Shown here: piece by piece, positions 1 through 12,499 of the stretch
Layout: each line of letters opens with the position of its first letter
How positions within the stretch are numbered: the stretch's first letter is position 1
NCBI GenBank assembly: GCA_025201805.1
Contig: MU619327.1
Coordinates: forward strand, 1-42,196
Reading direction: 5' to 3'
Length of the DNA: 42,196 bases
Source: Parasitella parasitica NRRL 2501
Lineage: Eukaryota; Fungi; Mucoromycota
Notes under the pieces: generated by a model
The model's input: only the letters and a program-made list of their open reading frames with translations
Database searches by the model: none
Told to the model about the DNA's origin: nothing
Made by a program: the position numbers and the translations under genes

Positions 1-260
1 TATTTCACAACTAAGATGGTATAATATCTCAGCGATATAGAATAATAGTGCAATTAAGTATATAGGACAGAAATTAAACGTAAGAAAGTTCGATATATTT
101 CAAATATACAGCATAATTCGATATATATCCAAGGTGAGACGTATCCAGTTTTCAACATCAGATTCAGGAACATGGTTTCTATTAGCTCAAGATTCGGATA
201 CCGTTTTTGATAATTGGGACGACAAAAGCGGGTTTTATAATTGTAGCACATAAAAAGTAT

Positions 261-342
261 CACTTTAATAGAGAATGGTTAGTATGGTAGCCTGCTATGC
301 TAATGGTCTTTGAGAGCGCAGCTTCGACTCCTGCAGGCGTTG
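261..342 (+). pseudogene. Degenerate tRNA-Ser(GCT) (tRNA pseudogene or tRNA-derived element)
   Basis: Retains a D-loop-like TGGTTA, an anticodon arm tagc-CTGCTAT-gcta (anticodon GCT), a long variable region, a T-arm gcagc-TTCGACT-cctgc and 3' acceptor strand aggcgttg. The 5' acceptor strand and variable arm no longer pair, and the T-stem has a mismatch. Confidence 0.65.
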
Positions 343-447
343 TATATCTTTTCAGATTGTTAAGAAGAATAGTGCATGTAGCTATTATCAGTTAGCTTAC
401 TTGTGTGTAAAAAATATCATTAAAATGCCAAGTCAAGCAGATATCTC

Positions 448-564
448 TGATGTATCAATTCTTAAAACTGAATGATAATATAATATAAACTCATACTGAA
501 GAGTAAAACATCAGATCATAAAATAATATGACATGACACATCCGGTTTTAGAATTGATACATCA
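448..564. repeat. Short inverted-repeat (foldback/MITE-like) element
   Basis: tgatgtatcaattc (448-461) is the exact reverse complement of gaattgatacatca (551-564). Pairing extends inward imperfectly to about 26 bp (ttaaaactgaatg vs catccggtttta). No clear target-site duplication. Confidence 0.55.
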
Positions 565-1934
565 ATCCTCACATCGCTTCCCTCAATTCATAGAAAGTAT
601 ATAAACCCTCTATTTTTGAATGTAATAAACGGATTAATTTCTTTTGAACTATTCTGATAAATCAATCTCAATTATTCCTAAATTTCAACAGATGCAGCTT
701 CACAGATAGATCATTATTACTTTCCTCTCATTTTAATCATAAACCATTACAAAATAATGACTCGTCATAGATTAAAAATCATAATATAAATTCAGATAAC
801 ATTAGATGATAGAAACGTTCGACGAAACTCAGATAAATATGTGTACTGAAGAATAGCTCGAAACACAAAATAAAGATTGTCTAATTCTCCTTTATTCGTC
901 CCATCATGGCACATTTTACCGTACCTGTTAGATGTCTTGATTTGCATATACATATTTAGCTTCCAAATCACTGCAAACTCACCAATATTCAATCTTTACC
1001 TCTTACTTACTGTCTTTATTAAACCGCTTGTCTGTCTTTGGATAGTTATAAATCTGGTGCTCGCTACAAATAGATCGATCCCTCTTGAAAAGTTAGTTTA
1101 TATTGCTCTAACATAACCTGCAGCATTATCCAAATTCGAAATAACGTGTGTGTTCTGTATTGCCAGGTGTACACAGACTCTGCGTATAACCTTGTTAGTT
1201 GTTAGAATTAATATCGAGAAAAAATACACATGGCATATTTCTAGCCTCCATATTATTTAATAAAAATAACTCCCTTCAAGTACCTAAGACGACATGAATT
1301 GATTATTAGTTAAAACCAAATTTCTTACTGCTTAAAAAATCACCTTTTTTGATTCGACCATGTTCAATTTCGAGAGATTCAAGGTATTTTGCCCTACTTT
1401 CGACATGATACTTTACTCTGTTTAAAGAGCTTGTACGCCAAATAAAAATACATGATTATTTATTTCATGCTTTGCTGCATACGCACATTTTTTATTTTTT
1501 ATTTTTAAAATGTTTATTATTTAGTTTTGGAGTGCGCTTGACTTTGAACTGAAGACGCCAAACAAAGCATATACCGCATAAATTTTAATTTGTGGTTATT
1601 TTGCTATACTCTTGTTTTATGTATAGTTATATCTGAATATACATCAAGACATATTTCTGCACACGGAGTTATATTTGTTTTAAGGTGTGATATCATCTGC
1701 AAGAAGGGTGTTATTTTGCAGAAGTATTCTGATATTGTTCTTAATAAAGCTTTTTGATGCCTAACTATCAACAAAGTATTATAAGACTGCAATGAACAGT
1801 TTTATATAAGGTATAAGAGAATAAGTGTTATGCTTCTGACCGGCAAAATATTTAAAGCAAATTGCATATAGTACACGGAGTTGTTTTACTACATCTCTTT
1901 CTTCTCTTTTATTTTATTAAACACCAAATCGACA

Positions 1935-4633
1935 ATGGCGCCAATACAACATTTCAAAACTACTTTTTGGCCCCAAAAGCAGCCAGAGTTGACATTACCA
2001 GACTTCAACGCTGGTTTTTCAGCACTTCATCAAAAGCTAAACCAAAGTAAAGTTGAAAATGAAGAAATGATAACCTTCTTCAAAGATCGCATCGCAATCG
2101 AGGAAGCATATGCCTCAAGGCTAATGCACCAAGGTAAATTGAACCTGAAGCACTCAGGATTTGGTCGCGATGGAGGCGCTGGACTCGTGAAATGCTTTTC
2201 ACAACTCAAAAGAACTAGCCTCCGTGTCGGTGAACAACATCAGACTACAGCAAAGACTGTCAGTGATCATGTTTTATTGCCTTTGCAAGAATTTCATGAC
2301 GAGTACAAGCAAAATATCTCAAATTCAAAACAAGCGATAGACAGCATGTTGAAACAGTTTGATGGATTAAAAAAGGAGGCTGAGAAAGCTAAACATACAT
2401 ATCATCGCAAGTGTAAAGAAGCTGATAAAGCTGAGGAATTAGCTGTGAAGAATGCAACAGTAGCTGCTACCTCTACAGTTCATAAATCCCTGAATTATAA
2501 AGATTTGAAGGTTCCTGTCCCTGAAGATCCAAGCTATATTCAAACAGAAACAGCTTCAGCCACTTCAGAAAACTCTACAGCAACAGCAACGCCAGCAGCG
2601 ACGATTAACATACAATTGGGTAACCAAGTCATGCCTCAATTTGAATTGGATAGTTTGGTGCGCCGCATGAGACAAAGCATTGCAGTAAAGGATCACCGTG
2701 TTGCTATACTGGGCACATACAGAAATACGTCCACCGGAGAAGATATTGCTATCTGGTTACAGAAAAACTTGCCCCAATGCAAAGATTCCCCTGCCATGGC
2801 AGATGTAGTTGGACAACAATTGATCCAACCTTACAACATTTTACGTTTGATTGGCCAGCGCGGAAACAAGTTTATAGCATCTGCAAGCTCGTTCTATCAG
2901 TGGCAAGTAGTAGGAGATGACGATACTGCAAGCATCACGTCAACATCTGACATTGGATTAACATACACAGCTCTTGGTGGCCTTGTGGACAAGATAGCGA
3001 CTCCTGCGGCGTCGACAGCGTCTGAGGACCCTCACAAGAAAGCTCGCCGTGAAGCCGAAAAGAGTGATCAAGCATATCGAGCTGCTGTGTTCAAATTAGA
3101 TCAACTGCGTATGGCCATTGAAGAAGCAATGTTTGCACATCTTACAGAGATGGAGCAGGTTGAGTTTAATCGTATTGAGCAGTTGAAACATATTATATCT
3201 TCTTTCATTGCTTCCATATCTGTAGTAATTCCCCAAGATAAACTAGTCATTGAAGAAATGATGGTTTTTCAAGAATCTCTCAAACCCGACCAAGATATTC
3301 AGTTCATTGTCCAGCAATACATGGTATCTGGATTCTCGCCAAAAGCTATTCTATACGAAAATTACTATCATGGGATATCACACGGTAAATTCTATTGCTA
3401 TGTGGTAGCTCTTTGCTCTTAAGATTAACACACTTTTTCTTAGATCAAGTGTTTGGCGTGCCTTTGGAAGATTTAGGGAAGCAATCCTCAGATAGTGTCC
3501 CTAAATTCATTTCAACTATTTTGGAAGCTATTGATAAAGGAGTAGATGAAATTGAAGACGGCGATGCAAAACAAAAAGTATGGTCTACTCCTTGCGCTTT
3601 AGACCGAGTTCACACAACATGCATGGAATTAAATACTCAAAGTGATTATTTGACATTGGATATTATGAAGAAATACGAGTCAGATTTGCTTGTCGCTGTA
3701 CTTCGGTATTTTTTGTTGGAGCTGCCAGAGTGCTTATTGACTTATGAATGCTATGATCCAGTCCAAGCACTATTAGGAGGGCCTAGTAAGTGAATTTACC
3801 AAGGTCGCTTGAAAGAGCAGTGATTAACTCGCAAGACAAGACGATGAGCAGGATGAAAGCCTGCGCCTTGTTTCATTTAGTAATTTGGTAGCTACTCTCC
3901 CCGCGTCTCATTTCGCTACGCTGAAGTCAATTTTTGCAAGCATTACAAGGTAGTCGATGTTCCTTCTTGAAATCTAAAAAAGGACATTAACATATTTAAG
4001 TATAGCTTTATACAAAAGGCTTGTGTATCACCAGATAATATATTAAACATAAGCCAATCATTGGGACCCGTCATATTGAGATCTCGAGTGGATTCTTACA
4101 CAGTTCTCAGCAGCAAAGTGCCAGTAAAGTTTGTTCAGGAGCTTATAAATCACTACGGCGAAATATTCTCAGAATCAACGTTAAAATTACACAACGATAG
4201 CGAAAAAAGAAGACTTGCTAAGCCTATCATTGCTGTACAACAGCAAAATCAACAAGAAAAGAGCAGCAAACGTGGAAATAAATGGACCGTCAATTCCATG
4301 ATGGGAGTTTTTCAAAGAAATAATGCGACTAATATTGAGCCGCAGCAAACACTGCTTCCAAGATCTGTATCTCTGTCATTTGGCTCTACCATTACTCGTC
4401 AGGAATCACCTCCATCTTCTCCATTGATGTCGCCATTGCCATCTGTTCCTGAATCTAAAAAGGCAGAATCTACAGTTGTATTTGACGGTGGGGACCATAT
4501 TTTTGATGAGAGAGAAGAGACTGCACAAGGCATCTTGAAGGATATAGAGGAGAAAGCCAGAAATACCCAACAGCAGCCAATAAACTCTGCGCGTGAGCAG
4601 ATAGACTCATTTTTTGATGATGATGATGAATAG
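1935..4633 (+). CDS. F-BAR (FCH)-DEP-RhoGAP protein, Rgd2/Rga8-like; 4 exons
   Basis: N-terminal FCH motif (FKTTFW...AGFSALHQKL...FFKDRIAIEEAYASRL), DEP-like segment (GTYRNTSTGEDIAIWLQ) and a RhoGAP domain starting VFGVPLEDL with LRYFLLELPECLLT. Three GT-AG introns near 3385, 3787 and 3950 join the listed ORFs. ATG at 1935. Confidence 0.85.
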
Positions 4634-5661
4634 CCGATTCATGTTATAATTTCTTTTATTAAAAGTGTAATGGTAGAATTGTTGTTTATTACATCCTCCT
4701 GTATGCATAATAAAAGACTCCAATCAAAACACGGCAGAATTTAACAAGCAAATAGTGGCAAAGCTTCTGATTTGTAGTCAAGCATTACCAAGTATGTTAA
4801 GATGGATCCGAATTTTGCACTATTGCATTCGGTGTAACACTGTGCACAAGTATATTTCTACACCAAACTTTCTATTATTGTTATCGTATAAATCATTGTA
4901 GGTAACATGTTACGCAATGAATACCCTAATCTAAGAGAGGCGATGAAGAAAGTATGCTATTTTTTCGTTACGAGATCAATCATATACAGGTCTATATATT
5001 GTTTTGATCCGTTCTTGTGAGCAGCAACGAGAAACATCTGTTTGTTTGATTCTAAATGATCTAAAACATTTGTGGCAAAGTAAATTAGTAATACAAAAAC
5101 ATTGTCACAGCCTCGTAGATTTGAGAATGTTCATTCAATTAATGACAAATGATGAATAGGCAAAGTCGATAAAACAAGACGTGCTCTTACCCAACTCTTT
5201 GAATTTTTTTCTTTTATCTTATTTTTCAAAATAAATGCTATGCACCTCTTCATTGCGATTAAGGCGGATTTTGTTTGATTTGGAATAGGCAATTGCATGC
5301 GTAACCGATTTCCTGATCAAAAATGGAGTCTGGAAATCAAGGTTTGTTTTTTGAAGGCAGCAAAAATGTCAGTATTTGAGGAGCAACGTTTGAAAATAGT
5401 GTATTGAACTCTCGATGGATGGTGATTTTCTACTCTTATCAGTTGCAATTGTAGAAACGTTTAACTTCATTTTGGTTACAAGCTGACGAGCCGACATCTG
5501 TAAAAGTGGCGACATGTTGATCTCCATGATATCATTTGCTGAAATGGTTGAATTATTATTAATACAATTGTGATTCTTTTTTTGCATGTCCCGTTCTCCA
5601 AAAAGTATAAAAAGACGCCGGGTTTTTCTATCTGCAGACAGCTCCAAATCCAAGCCAATCA

Positions 5662-8600
5662 ATGCAAAGCCAAAACCAAAATAGAATCAGCAATGAAAGC
5701 TTTCGAACGACATCTTCGAATGAAGAAGCCACCATAGGCGACAAATCTCCATACTACAGCTTATCTCAAATTCGGTCTCGTGGTGGCTATGGTGAATCGA
5801 ATGGAAATGCGGTTGATATTGAAGTAGCTTTAGAAGAGTACAGATCTGTCCAAAGAGAACTGACACGGCAGTCCAAACGGACAACTGACGCTGATGTCGA
5901 GAAAGCTGAAGAAAATGACTTTGACCTGACTGAGTATCTTGCAAATCAGCATGATCAGCTCAATTCGGCTGGCCTGAAATCAAAGAATATGGGTGTCGTT
6001 TGGAAAGACCTGACGGTGGAGGGCGTTGGTGCTGATGCTAGATCAATTGCAACAAATTGGTCTGTCCTTACAAAGGCCGCTCAATTCTGGGAATGGACAA
6101 AACATAAAGGCACTGATTTCACCATCTTGCATGATAACAATGGCTTTTGTAAATCGGGAGAAATGCTGCTGGTTTTAGGTCGTCCTGGATCTGGTTGTTC
6201 CACTCTTCTTCGGGTGCTTGCTAATATGCGTGCTTCATATACCAGTGTTAAGGGCAGTGTGGCATATGGCGGTATTGATGCCCATGACTTTGGCAAGCAC
6301 TTCAAGGGCGAAGTATGTTACAATGAAGAAGAAGATCTACATTACCCTACACTGACAACTGAACAGACACTGTGGTTTGCTCTTAAAAACAAAACCCCTA
6401 GTACCCGCATTCCTGGTGAATCAAAGCAAGATTTTATCAATAGTGTGTTGTATTTGCTCGGCAACATGCTTGGCTTGACAAAGCAAATGAAGACTATGGT
6501 TGGCAATGCCTTTGTGCGTGGTCTTTCTGGTGGAGAACGCAAGCGTCTTTCCATTGCTGAGCAAATGACGACGCACAGCTCTATTAATTGCTGGGATTGT
6601 TCTACTCGTGGTCTTGATGCCTCTTCTGCTCTTGACTATGTTCGCTCTCTCCGTATAATGACTGATATTATGCAAAAAACTACCATATCTACTTTATATC
6701 AGGCTTCCGACAGTATTTTTGACCTGTTTGACAAGGTCATGGTGCTTGATGAAGGTCGCTGTATATATTTCGGCCCTACCTCTGAAGCCAAGTCCTACTT
6801 TACTGACATGGGCTTCCATTGTCCGTCTCGTAAATCTACTCCTGATTTCCTCACTGGTTTATGTAATATCAATGAGCGTCAGATCCAACCTGGCTTCGAA
6901 ACACAAGTGCCTGTGAATGCCTGTCAATTTGAAAAAAAGTACAAAAATTCTTCCATGTTTGACGAGATGATGGCTGAGCGCGAGACATACGAAAAAGAGA
7001 TCAACCAAGACAAACCTGCAGAGGCATTCCGTGAGGCGTTCAAACAAGCACACAATACACCTGCTGTTGTCAGCTACTATGATCAGTTAAGAGCCCTTAC
7101 TGTGCGTCAATTCCAGCTTATCTGGGGAGACAAATACTCTGTCTTTGTGCGTTATGGCGACGTTGTTGTCAAGGGCCTCATTACTGCTTCTGTTTTCTTT
7201 ATGATGCCTTTGGATGGTTCTGGTGCTTTTGCTCGTGGCGGGGCATTTCTTTTCAGCCTAATCTTCAATGCGTTTATAGCCCAATCGGAGCTTCCAGCCT
7301 TTATGCAAGGACGTCGAGTATTGGAGAAGCATAAACACTTTGCAATGTACCATCCGTCTGCCTTTTATCTTGCACAAGTTATTGTTGATGTGCCTCTTGC
7401 GATTATCCAGGCTATTCTATTTGAAGTTTGCATCTATTTTCTTATGGGTTTATCGTTGGATGCTGGAAAGGTAATTGCATGTAGAGTAATAATAATAAAA
7501 AAGGCACACGCTAACCAGACATCCGCTCTAGTTTTTCACTCTGTTTGTCAACTTGATTGCCATTACTCTGTGTATGAATGGCTTCTTTCGTTTCTTGGGC
7601 GCTATTAGCCCAAACTTCTTTGTCGCATCTCAGCTCTCCAGTTTTGCGTTTGTTGCTTTGCTGATTAACTCTGGTTATCAGCTGCCTTACCCGGACATGC
7701 ATCCTTGGTTTATGTGGATCTACTGGATCAATCCACTTGCCTACAGCTACAAATCTATGCTTTCTACTGAGTTGAGAGGAGCCAAGTTCAACTGTGATGG
7801 TTCAAATGGCGTTCCCTACGGCCCTGGTTATACAGATCAAGCCTATCGATCATGTATTCTGCCGGGTGCACAGCCTGGAGCAAGCTTTGTCCTTGGCGAC
7901 GACTATTTAGTCCAACAGTATGAGTACTATACATGGCAGATTTGGATCAATTTTGTAGCTGTTGTATTGTTTTTTGTACTGTTTACCGTCCTCACCGCTC
8001 TTTGCATGGAGTACATTGATCTCAAGCAAGAAGGAACAATCACCAAGGTCTACAAGAAGGGGGCTTCTCCTATAGTCGAATCGGCCGAGGAACAACTAAA
8101 CCAAGAAATGACAAAAGAAGAGCACAAACTGGAAGACGTGACTGAAGGAACTACCTTTTCATGGCACCATATCAATTATACCGTACCTGTCAAAGGTGGA
8201 ACACGTCAATTACTGAACGATGTGGCTGGCATTGTCAAGCCTGGAAATCTAACTGCTTTAATGGGTTCCTCTGGTGCTGGTAAAACTACTCTTTTAGATG
8301 TCTTGGCCAGGAGAAAGACCATCGGTTCCATTGAAGGCAACATCTACTTGAACGGCGAAAGCCTGGCGAGCGATTTTGAGCGTCTGACTGGATATTGTGA
8401 GCAGATGGACGTTCATAATCCTAATGCTACTGTTCGTGAAGCTCTTCAGTTCTCTGCTTATTTGCGCCAATCTGTCAGCATCTCCAAGGAAGAAAAAGAC
8501 GCTTACGTGGAGCAAATCCTTGACCTACTAGAGATGAAAAAGATTGGCGATGCTCTCGTCGGTGATCTTGAAGAAGGAACTGGTATCTCTGTTGAAGAAC

Positions 8601-10039
8601 GTAAGCGTCTTACTATTGCTATTGAGCTGGTTGGAAAGCCCAAACTCCTCTTTTTGGACGAACCTACCTCTGGTCTTGATGCCCAAAGCTCGTACAACAT
8701 CATTCGCTTTATCCGTAAATTGGCTGACGCTGGCTGGCCTGTTCTTTGCACCATTCACCAACCTTCAGCTACACTATTTGAGCATTTCGATCATTTATTG
8801 CTGCTCATGCGTGGGGGAAAAACTGCTTACTTTGGAGAGATTGGTAAAGATTCTCGTACAATGATTGACTATTTCGAGTCCAATGGCGGTCCTGCTTGCT
8901 CCCCTGAAGCTAACCCTGCAGAGTACATCTTGGAATGCGTTGGTGCTGGTACTGCCGGTAAAGTCACTCAAGATTGGGCTCAAATATGGGAAAAATCGCC
9001 TGAGGCTGCCGCTCTTGAAGAGGAGCTAAAGACCATTCACGCGTCAGTTGATCCTACGGTCAACCGAAAGGTCGAAACCTACGCTCAATCATTTTGGCAG
9101 CAACTTTATTTTGTATTCAAGCGCATGAGTCTCTCTTGGTGGCGTAGTCCCTCTTACAATGTTGGGCGATTGCTAAATGTCGTCTTTATTGGTCTCCTCA
9201 CTGGGTTTACATTCTGGAAAGTTGGAACAAACGTCAATGACATGCAAAATCGTATGTTTGGTCTTTTGACATCCATGTTTATGGGCAACACTGTCATCAT
9301 CTTGGTTCAACCCCGTTACATGCAAGAGCGTACTTGGTTCCGTCGTGAATATGCAAGCAAATACTATAGTTGGTCTCCATTCGCATTGTCCTGTATATTG
9401 GTCGAAGTTCCGTATCTAGTGTCTCTTTCAGCTGTGTTCTTGGTTTGCTATTATTGGACTACAGGATTACAAAATTTGTCTGAGCGCGTGGGTTATTTTT
9501 ATATACAATTTGTAGTGTACATGTTTCACTCGGTCTCGTTTGGCTATGCTATTGCTGCCTTTTGTGAGTCTCCTACTATGGCTGCCATTTTGAATCCCTT
9601 CTTTTCAACATTCATGTACCTTTTCTCGGGCCTCTTTCAATCCCCCAAAGCTATGCCTAGATTCTGGAGCTCTTGGATGTACTGGCTAGATCCATATCAT
9701 TACTTTATCGAGGGACTTGTAACAAATGGCTTGGATAGCGTTCCAGTTGTCTGCACTGAAAGTAGTTTTATAAAGATCAAATCGCCTCCTGGAAAGACTT
9801 GTGGTGATTATATGGCTGATTTCTTTGCAGATGGTGGTTTGGGGTACATAGCGAATCCTAATAGCACCGATTATTGTGATTACTGTCAATACAGTGTAGG
9901 CAATGATTATTATGAGACCAATATCGGCTGGTCTTTCTCTAATAGATGGCGAAACTTTGGTCTCCTTTGGTTGTATACTGCTTTCAATATCCTTTTGTTT
10001 GCCATATTTGTGTATCTTTTTAGAAAACAAAAACGATAA
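5662..10039 (+). CDS. Full-size PDR/ABCG multidrug transporter (NBD-TMD)x2; one intron 7471-7531
   Basis: NBD1 has the PDR-type Walker A GRPGSGCST, signature LSGGERKRLSIAE and WDCSTRGLD. NBD2 has GSSGAGKTT, ISVEERKRLTIAIEL and FLDEPTSGLD. Cys-containing PDR extracellular loops are present. The GTAATT...CTAAC...TAG intron joins the two ORFs. Confidence 0.95.
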
Positions 10040-11704
10040 ATTTCATGTACCATTGTAACTCCATAAAAGCTATCAAGCTTTTAAAAAATATTACACATAT
10101 CAATGCATTTAGACAACATATTCCACTATATATGTACCAACCTCATCTTATAACATGATCAATTCCCTTTGTAATAAAACTATATTTTTCGATCAACGAA
10201 TTCCCTATTTGAATTTTTCTTTTACATTTTTATGCTTGCACTCTAAAGCCTGTTTCGCTTCACGCAGCTGTTGAAGCTGCTCACTCTCATAATCGTACCA
10301 CATTTGTTGATAATGGCAACCTCTTTAGCAAATAACCCTTCTTCTAATGATGGCTTTATTACTGCGTAGCTTTTAACCCTTACTTACTTGGCTACTATGG
10401 TATAAAAAAATGGTAGTCTTTGGCTGATTATCACTTCTGCTGAAAACATCGTCTATTTAAAATTAGACATACATATCATCATACCATGGGATTAGTTTCT
10501 GATACATAGCCTGTTCCCTTTGCATGACTATACATAAACAGTTGACTACAGAAAACATCAACTTTCATACAAAAAACGCATATAAATGCCTATAGCTTTG
10601 CTCAACAAATAAACCAAGCCATGTTTTGCACTTGTACGTTACTGCCATGATCGGGGCTGTTTGATATAAACTTTGTTTCCACTGGGCGATGCATAGATCA
10701 AAACCGTTTGCAAAAGTAATTGCGTTTTGCTTTAGACAGCAGCAGTAGAAAAACAATATTTTGCTCGTCAATATAGAGTTTGTTTCTTGCCAGTGATAAA
10801 TCACTTTTTCATTTTGTAACAAAATATGCTTATACTATGATTACTGCATGTTCTTTATTAAAAGTCTCGTACAATATTCTACCAATATTTTGGGAAAAAC
10901 ACTTTCTTGATTTTTTGTACGTGCACTTTTGATAATTGATGCTTATGACAGCTACTAGTTCCTTGTCGCTCCTTGTGGTATGGTCTTTGAATTCATCAAG
11001 GCTTTTGAATTTTTGAAGGATGTTTACTCCCCAGGATGCCCTTCTGTCAGTGCTAAAGGTATTCTCTTCAGGTTCCGTCAGTCTCTACTCGATGATTGAT
11101 GGCGTTTCCCTGCGGAGGCTCGTATTTCTGAAGATACTTTTTTCTCAATACGATTTGGTTATAGCTGGCGAATCATTTATTTCTGTTTTTACATCTTTAC
11201 AAATGCATTTTCTTGGGCTAAAAACAATCTTTAAGTATTTTAAGCTGTATCTGGACTTGACATTTTATATGATAAACCAATATAACTTTTTTAGTATATG
11301 ATTTGACCTTTAGCTAAAAAATGTGTGATATCTGGATGTAATGCATTATCTTGTTTGTGTCGCAGCAAATGATGTGGCAGACAACTTTTTATCGATTATA
11401 TTTTACTCGGCATTTATGGAAAATTCAGATCTTGGAGTTTAATCCGTGTTTCCTTAACTTTATGATTGTTTCGTGTTACCAGGAAGAATCTTCAACCTTG
11501 TAAGACTTCTCTTGCCACGTAACCATAATATCGATTGTTTGGTATTTGATATATAAATTTATTGAATTATAGACTATTTTGCAAGCAGCACCAGGCCACA
11601 TATAACAATAAAAGCGAGCCAAAATAATAAGTAAAAATAGAAGAGGAAGGTATCATGCAACAAAAGAGACGGTGGGATATAGCTCTAAGAAATGCTTTTT
11701 ATAA

Positions 11705-12427
11705 TTAAAAGAAAGGCAACTTGATCATAGTATGGTCAGGAGTGTATAAGAGAGCACACATAATGTACCAAGCAGTAATAGCAAGAGTAAAGGACACCCA
11801 ACCACTAGCGACGTTGAACTTGTCCATACTGGCTAAACCACCAATACCTCCGAATAAGAAGGCCAAGAAAACTTGAAGGAGGACAAGACGGATAAGAATA
11901 GGTTGACGAAGAGTACCAAGGAAGAAGAAGAAAGCAGCAATAGCAAAGCCAAGTTGAACAAGACCCATACATAAATGAACAGTATGGATGCCACCGTTTG
12001 CCATAGCGACTTCGAGGAAACCAGAACTAGGGATCATCATGATACCAAAGGTGAAGAAGAAGCCAGAGAAAGTCAACATGGAAGTAGCGGCAAACATGTT
12101 ACCGAGAACCAATTCACAAATACCACAAACAAACTGACCCATTGCACCATAACCAAATGCAACACCCACAGCTACTTGAGGTAAATCGACAATCAAGCCA
12201 GAGTTGTACAAGCCGAGCACAAATGAGCAAAGGGCGAATGCACCAAATCCAATGGGAGCAGGTTGCAACTTTGTAAGATGGCTGGGGACAGCATTGACAT
12301 GCATTTGGGCAGCATGATGGGTGACTACATCGTCAGCAGGCATATCAATTTCACGGTGTTGAATGTCAGCTTTTCTGTCGGCAGTAGAAGCAGAAGTAGT
12401 AGAAGTAGTAGAAGTATTAGAAGTCAT
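11705..12427 (-). CDS. GPR1/FUN34/YaaH (Ady2/SatP-family) acetate/ammonia transporter
   Basis: Intronless 240-aa ORF with a signature variant QPAPIGFGAF, YGAMGQFVCGICEL..GNMFAAT and six hydrophobic helices. Confidence 0.9.
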   Translation of the reverse strand: MTSNTSTTSTTSASTADRKADIQHREIDMPADDVVTHHAAQMHVNAVPSHLTKLQPAPIGFGAFALCSFVLGLYNSGLIVDLPQVAVGVAFGYGAMGQFVCGICELVLGNMFAATSMLTFSGFFFTFGIMMIPSSGFLEVAMANGGIHTVHLCMGLVQLGFAIAAFFFFLGTLRQPILIRLVLLQVFLAFLFGGIGGLASMDKFNVASGWVSFTLAITAWYIMCALLYTPDHTMIKLPFF

Positions 12428-12491
12428 TATATTTTGTAGTATTTTACTTTTATGCTATTGACTTTTTGAAAATTGTGCAAAATGTAGCTGG

Positions 12492-12499
12492 TATTTATA
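12492..12499 (-). promoter_or_regulatory. TATA box upstream of the GPR1/FUN34 gene
   Basis: TATAAATA on the minus strand about 65 nt upstream of the ATG. Confidence 0.45.

Noticed and set aside
1881-1934. Hydrophobic N-terminal extension (signal-peptide-like) on the RhoGAP ORF
   Set aside because: It comes from a TTG start in a pyrimidine-rich 5' region. The first ATG at 1935 matches the start of the FCH domain.
7471-7610. Apparent frameshift or split of the ABC transporter into two ORFs
   Set aside because: Explained by a canonical 61-nt GT-AG intron with a CTAAC branch point.
5687-10030. Many short antisense or alternative-frame ORFs inside the ABC gene, and similar ones inside other genes
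   Set aside because: No motifs, mostly non-ATG starts, and they overlap well-supported genes.
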